IMG/VR virus record: IMGVR_UViG_3300034190_003093 | Coordinates: 62,001 to 126,000 of that record | Strand: one strand, 5' to 3' | Source: an uncultured virus (IMG/VR IMGVR_UViG_3300034190_003093) | Taxonomy: Duplodnaviria > Heunggongvirae > Uroviricota > Caudoviricetes | Length of the DNA stretch: 64,000 bases | Part shown: piece after piece, positions 59,249 to 64,000 of the stretch | How positions within the stretch are numbered: the first letter of the stretch is position 1 | Layout: every line of letters starts with the position of its first letter | Translations under genes and position numbers: made by a program | Notes under the pieces: generated by a model | The model's input: the letters and a program-made list of their open reading frames with translations, nothing else | Database searches by the model: none | Told to the model about the DNA's origin: nothing

Positions 59249-60803
59249 AATCAAAGTACTGTCTCAGCCAGGTCCAATCAAATGCAGCCTTTAATTTAGG
59301 CAAATCTGGACCAGTTGCTTTAAAGAACTCCACACCATCGCGGGCACCATTTAACACCCATTCACTGTGTGGGCCGTATGCTTCGCTGGTCCATACATGC
59401 AATCGATGACGAGCTTCCATGTTAGGATTTCCATCCAAGAAGTAACTCAATTTACTAGCTTCTCTAAATGCAGTACGCCAAGCTTGATACGGACTAGTAG
59501 CAAAGTTTCCATAACAACTTAGCTCAGGAACTACTTCAACTGGAAAGCTCATTGTGAAGTCTAGTCCTAGCTCGCTGTAATCAGCACTTTCAATTACCAA
59601 GCGATTATTATATAATATAACTCCCATGTGCCCGTATACTAAATTGTTGCTCATGTTTTTGCAATTAAAAATATAGTGATTAGGTTGTTTCATATAATCG
59701 GGTACATAGTCAAACTTAAACTCTGGATTTAGTTCAGTTTTTGCAAACACATGATAACTCCAGGGTGTGTTGCTTTTTGAGCTTGCTGCCTGCAACGCTT
59801 GTTGCATGCCGTTGACTCCGTGCACACGATGCACAGTATTAGGCAAATCTTTTGTTATTTCTAATAATGTATTATAATTCTTTTCAGCATCAATTTCATC
59901 ATAACTGATATAAACAATATCCTGAGGCCGAGATGGAAGTGTAGGACGGCTTTTATCCAACCATGGATAGTCATAAATTTGCTCATTTAAATGATTCTTA
60001 ACTTCTCGCGGAATTAATACAGTACTTGCACCTGCTACTAATGGGACAACTGTCTTGGTTTGTTCTTGCCACAAACTAATTGCTGGCACATCAATCTGCG
60101 CATTGTCATAACGACGAAATACTGCATAAGGCTCAACAAATTCGTGTTGCCATACTGCATCAACCACAGTGTCTGCGTCGAAGTCAACAAAAGGCATAGG
60201 CTGACGTTTTACTGTCCAAACATCTGTAACAAAATGCAGTGTTTCAAACCATTCAAGTATTTTTAAGTTTTCTGTTTTAGCTAAAAAACTAGGCACATGC
60301 ACATAAAAAGTATCGCCAAACTTTTGTTCATTGCTAGGAAATACGTGCAGCATGTCGTGCTGGTATTCACTGTGATGCCAAGTGAAATCAAAATCTTCGT
60401 AATTGCAAACATCAGCTGTAACCCAACAATACTCCCAATCTACTTTCTTTAACACTCGACGCATTGTGCCCAAGTAATCACTGATATATCGTGTGTTGAT
60501 ATCACCCAAGTCCGGACTGGATGGGCTGTGTTTTATATGCAGTCTAGGTGCTTGCCCGGTGTGTCTTATAATGTCATGATTATAGTTTTTGTCCACAGCT
60601 CCTTGTTTTGGGACAAGCATAGTGCCAGAGTTTTCTTGGTGCTGACTGGGCCACACGTGTATTTGTTCACTTTCCCAAGGTGCCGGCTCCCAGGAGAAGT
60701 CAAAGTTAGAATAATCACACCGGTCATCTAATACCCATAAGTACCTAGTCCTGCTGAGTTTGCAGGCTTCATTAATGTCTATGGAATAAAATTTATCAAA
60801 CAT
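59229..60803 (-). CDS. Repeat-containing glycosyltransferase-like protein
   Basis: Repeated WV..D.C.Y..FDF.W...H(V)(W/F)PS; ISYDE; AWRTAFRE. Confidence 0.55.
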   Translation of the reverse strand: MFDKFYSIDINEACKLSRTRYLWVLDDRCDYSNFDFSWEPAPWESEQIHVWPSQHQENSGTMLVPKQGAVDKNYNHDIIRHTGQAPRLHIKHSPSSPDLGDINTRYISDYLGTMRRVLKKVDWEYCWVTADVCNYEDFDFTWHHSEYQHDMLHVFPSNEQKFGDTFYVHVPSFLAKTENLKILEWFETLHFVTDVWTVKRQPMPFVDFDADTVVDAVWQHEFVEPYAVFRRYDNAQIDVPAISLWQEQTKTVVPLVAGASTVLIPREVKNHLNEQIYDYPWLDKSRPTLPSRPQDIVYISYDEIDAEKNYNTLLEITKDLPNTVHRVHGVNGMQQALQAASSKSNTPWSYHVFAKTELNPEFKFDYVPDYMKQPNHYIFNCKNMSNNLVYGHMGVILYNNRLVIESADYSELGLDFTMSFPVEVVPELSCYGNFATSPYQAWRTAFREASKLSYFLDGNPNMEARHRLHVWTSEAYGPHSEWVLNGARDGVEFFKATGPDLPKLKAAFDWTWLRQYFDSKYGSL

Positions 60804-61914
60804 GATTAGAATCGACGAAGTTTACGATAATGTTTTTCTGCCACGTGCATTGGCACAGACCAACGAAGGCTGCAAAGATAATTGCAACTATCGAGTTGGT
60901 TTGCACTGGTTTGACCCCTTTGGTACAACGGATTTTCAAAACATACGTAGTCAACCGCCTGCCAATTGGAGCATGCTGCCAGAACAAACTGGAAATCCCA
61001 AAGATAGCACTAGAGTTATATTCTGGGATCAAGAAGTGTTGAATAGATTTAGATTTCATAATTTTATCACACCATTTTTAGATATGTTTGAGTCCAACAT
61101 CAAAAGACTTGTTACCAGTGAATACAATAGCGAAGATGCTCAGTGGGCTTGTGATACTTATGGACTCACTAGCGACTATTATTTTTTTCATGGATGGGCT
61201 GCACTTGACTGGTATCGGGGATATAACAGAACTAGTTTAGCACAACCTTTTGCAGAGCGCAAGCCATATAATACATTTCTTTGTCCTAATAATATAATTG
61301 GTGGTGAACGTCGACATCGAATTGAACTTTTAAATCAGTTTGCAAACAGAAATATGTTGGACCGAAATCTTATATCATTTCCAGACACATGCCCATATGA
61401 AGGGTTGTCGATTAATGCTATATGCAAAAAGTATAACTTACAGGTACCAAATGTTCGATTACCTCTTACCATTGACAATGGTAGTGGATACGCTGCACAA
61501 AGTCATAGAATTGATTTATGGGAACAAGCAAACAATAGTTTAATACAAGTTGTAACAGAAACAGCGTACGACGGTAACAAGCAACACTTAACTGAAAAAT
61601 CATTTAAGCCTATAGTAATGCAACAGCCGTTTATAATACAGAGTTGCAAAGGCAGTTTAGAATATTTGCGCCGTTACGGATTTAAAACATTCAGCGAATT
61701 CTGGGACGAAAGTTACGACGAGCACGAAGACGACAGACGAACTCAGGAAATCGGCAAAGTATTATACGATATTAACAATATGAGCCAAAAAGAAAAAGCC
61801 TCTCTGCAAAAGGCTGTAAGTAATACTGTACAACACAACTTCGACTGGTTTTATAGTGACAAGTTTGAGAACATACTATGGGACGAACTCAACGAAATGA
61901 CAAATCAATGGTAA
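60802..61914 (+). CDS. GT-B-like protein of the TEK(T/S) paralogue family
   Basis: RRHR, VVTET, LTEKSFKP, GFKTF..FWDESYD. Confidence 0.6.
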   Translation: MIRIDEVYDNVFLPRALAQTNEGCKDNCNYRVGLHWFDPFGTTDFQNIRSQPPANWSMLPEQTGNPKDSTRVIFWDQEVLNRFRFHNFITPFLDMFESNIKRLVTSEYNSEDAQWACDTYGLTSDYYFFHGWAALDWYRGYNRTSLAQPFAERKPYNTFLCPNNIIGGERRHRIELLNQFANRNMLDRNLISFPDTCPYEGLSINAICKKYNLQVPNVRLPLTIDNGSGYAAQSHRIDLWEQANNSLIQVVTETAYDGNKQHLTEKSFKPIVMQQPFIIQSCKGSLEYLRRYGFKTFSEFWDESYDEHEDDRRTQEIGKVLYDINNMSQKEKASLQKAVSNTVQHNFDWFYSDKFENILWDELNEMTNQW

Positions 61915-63083
61915 CATTTTGTGCAGATCAATTTAAAGGCGATGTGCCTTTTCCTAACTGTGCTACTTGGGATGCAGCTCCGTACACACCAGAATGGCGC
62001 AAATTTAGTTTGAACAGCCCGTTTAGCGAACCAGTGCATTTTTACGAATATCTAAAACAAGAAGGCATTGACTACACTGTGGTCAAAACTGATGATGCAC
62101 CCAATGGCAGCATATATCCAATTAGTCTTAGCTTTTTTGATTTCACTGTGGAATGGTTTGATATTATCCCAAAAAACGTTGTAAAACGTCTCGTAGACAA
62201 CCAACTAAAAATTTGGTTTTTCTACAGCGAAGGAGATAACCCTTTTCGCATAAAAAAACATATTAAAAAACAAATGGTTACAGCAGGCATTTCGCCAGAA
62301 AACCTGCATTTTACCACCGCAAACACTAAAAGCCATGATCTTGCACAATTCAGCTACTTATGTGACGACGAGCTGTTATACCGGCTCCGTAATGAAGGTT
62401 TAGCAACTGAATTCCATGACCGTCCACGCAGTAAAAATTTTACTGCACTTGTGCGCACACACAAATGGTGGCGGGCTAATACAATGACCAGACTGTGGAT
62501 GAAAGGGTTGCACGAAAAAGGATTCTTTAGTTACAATGCTGATATTAGTGTGGGTGATTTACCAGAAGATAATCCAGTCGAAGTTGATAGCTTTGGTAGC
62601 CTTAGACATCACACCGAATTCTTTTTAAAGCTATGCCCGTTCCATGCTGACCTGTTGAGCAGCAACGAACATAATTTGTACCATCACACTGTGGCAGCAC
62701 ATCACGACGATGCATACTTTAATTTTGTAATTGAAACACATTTAGATGTAGATCAAAGCAATGGTGTGTTCTTAACAGAAAAAACATTTAAACCTATTAA
62801 GCATGCACAGCCATTTGTAATTGTTGGTGCCGCTGGTAGTATACAACAGTTACGTGACATGGGATACAAGACATTCGATCATGTGGTTGATCACAGCTAT
62901 GACAACATCTCTAACAACACCGAGCGCTGGAATGCAGTGTGCAACGAAATGGAACGAATTGCAAAATCTAAAAAAATACATCAAATGTATATAGATTGTA
63001 AAGAAGATTTGCTGCACAATCAACAGTTATTCTTGGCTAGCAAAGCCAATAGATTAGAAACAATATTAGGAAAATTAAAATGA
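61908..63083 (+). CDS. GT-B-like protein of the TEK(T/S) paralogue family
   Basis: VIET, LTEKTFKP, GYKTF...DHSYD. Confidence 0.6.
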   Translation: MVTFCADQFKGDVPFPNCATWDAAPYTPEWRKFSLNSPFSEPVHFYEYLKQEGIDYTVVKTDDAPNGSIYPISLSFFDFTVEWFDIIPKNVVKRLVDNQLKIWFFYSEGDNPFRIKKHIKKQMVTAGISPENLHFTTANTKSHDLAQFSYLCDDELLYRLRNEGLATEFHDRPRSKNFTALVRTHKWWRANTMTRLWMKGLHEKGFFSYNADISVGDLPEDNPVEVDSFGSLRHHTEFFLKLCPFHADLLSSNEHNLYHHTVAAHHDDAYFNFVIETHLDVDQSNGVFLTEKTFKPIKHAQPFVIVGAAGSIQQLRDMGYKTFDHVVDHSYDNISNNTERWNAVCNEMERIAKSKKIHQMYIDCKEDLLHNQQLFLASKANRLETILGKLK

Positions 63084-64000
63084 GCAAAGTAAGCAGCTAT
63101 ACTAGTTGGCAACCATTGGAAGAAGTTATTGTTGGTCGTGCATACACACCTGACTACTTTGACTTTATCGACGATGCACAAGTTCGTAACCAGCTACAAC
63201 AAATTTTAGCAGAAACAAACGAAGACTTGGACAACTTGCAAAAGACTTGTGAAGAATATGGTGCTGTTGTAAAACGCCCTAGTTTACCCGATAAAGACAA
63301 TTTCCAAGGAGGCCAAGTCGCCGACGGTGGCGCACCATTGCCTCCGCTTACACCACGTGATTGGCAGATTAGTTTAGGTGACAAGCTGTTGCGAGTATTG
63401 CCAGTTGACGAATTAAATGATATTTGTGCCGAATACGGAGATCAAGTTATTAACCCACACGGTGAAACATTTGATCCTGATTGCATTTTAAATGGTGCTA
63501 GTGCTAGTTGCATCGTGCGTGTTGGTCGTGACGTGTTCTTTGACAATAGCGATTATTTACAACCGCATCAAACTAAATGGATTGTAGAAAATGCATTAGG
63601 CCCAGAATATCGTGTACACGAAGCAATTACAGACGGCCACGGCGATGCTGTATTTGCCATTCTCAAACCAGGTGTTATTCTTTCAAGCAAGTGGGATGAT
63701 CAACTCAACTTAGCCGAAGACTTTCCGGGATGGGACGTTTGTAAAATATGGGATAGTAGTATCTGGGCTGCAATGGAAGTTGGTAAGTTTAAAGAAGAAA
63801 ACTTCAACGGCTCTTGGTATGTGCAAGGACAAACCCCAACACAAGAATTCAGCAACTTTGTAGACCAGTATCTCAGTAAATGGGTTGGCTTTGTCAGCGA
63901 CACAGTGTTCGATGTTAACTGCCTTGTGTTAGACGAAGAAAATGTTGTCTTTAGTGCGTATAATAAAGAAGTATTTGATTATTGCGCCAAGCACAAAATC
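63080..64000 (+). CDS. Amidinotransferase-family enzyme (3'-partial, not in ORF track)
   Basis: Hand translation MSKVSSYTSWQPLEEVIVG...LTPRD...DGHGD...FDVN; open to window end. Confidence 0.8.
   Translation, partial: MSKVSSYTSWQPLEEVIVGRAYTPDYFDFIDDAQVRNQLQQILAETNEDLDNLQKTCEEYGAVVKRPSLPDKDNFQGGQVADGGAPLPPLTPRDWQISLGDKLLRVLPVDELNDICAEYGDQVINPHGETFDPDCILNGASASCIVRVGRDVFFDNSDYLQPHQTKWIVENALGPEYRVHEAITDGHGDAVFAILKPGVILSSKWDDQLNLAEDFPGWDVCKIWDSSIWAAMEVGKFKEENFNGSWYVQGQTPTQEFSNFVDQYLSKWVGFVSDTVFDVNCLVLDEENVVFSAYNKEVFDYCAKHKI

Overview
This window is part of a large, AT-rich, T4-like (Tevenvirinae-style) phage genome, probably infecting a marine alphaproteobacterium. The host inference rests on a circularly permuted tmRNA with a Rhodobacteraceae-like tag. 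Genes are densely packed, almost all on the + strand, and driven by GTTGACA-N17-TA(C/T)A(A/C)T early promoters and TAAATA/TAAGTA late promoters. From left to right: (1) probable internal head proteins sharing an MKIxD/E...E leader and xxE protease-type linkers, plus Dps; (2) DNA polymerase B and a sliding clamp; (3) a 7-deazaguanine DNA-modification-like cluster (TGT/DpdA-like, DpdL-like, FolE, QueD, QueE, no QueC) interleaved with a glycosyltransferase, GalE, HIT, PRTase, ClpP and NadE; (4) an RNase H/5'-exonuclease region; (5) seven tRNAs, one with an unusual Ser(ACT) anticodon, an aberrant tRNA-like RNA, a two-piece tmRNA and several unexplained structured intergenic RNAs, interspersed with tailoring-enzyme cassettes; (6) a porin, an RNA polymerase omega homologue, a MoxR/VWA pair and ThyX; (7) a nucleotide-sugar/glycosylation cluster running off the right end. 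All calls come from motif recognition by eye; no database searches were run.
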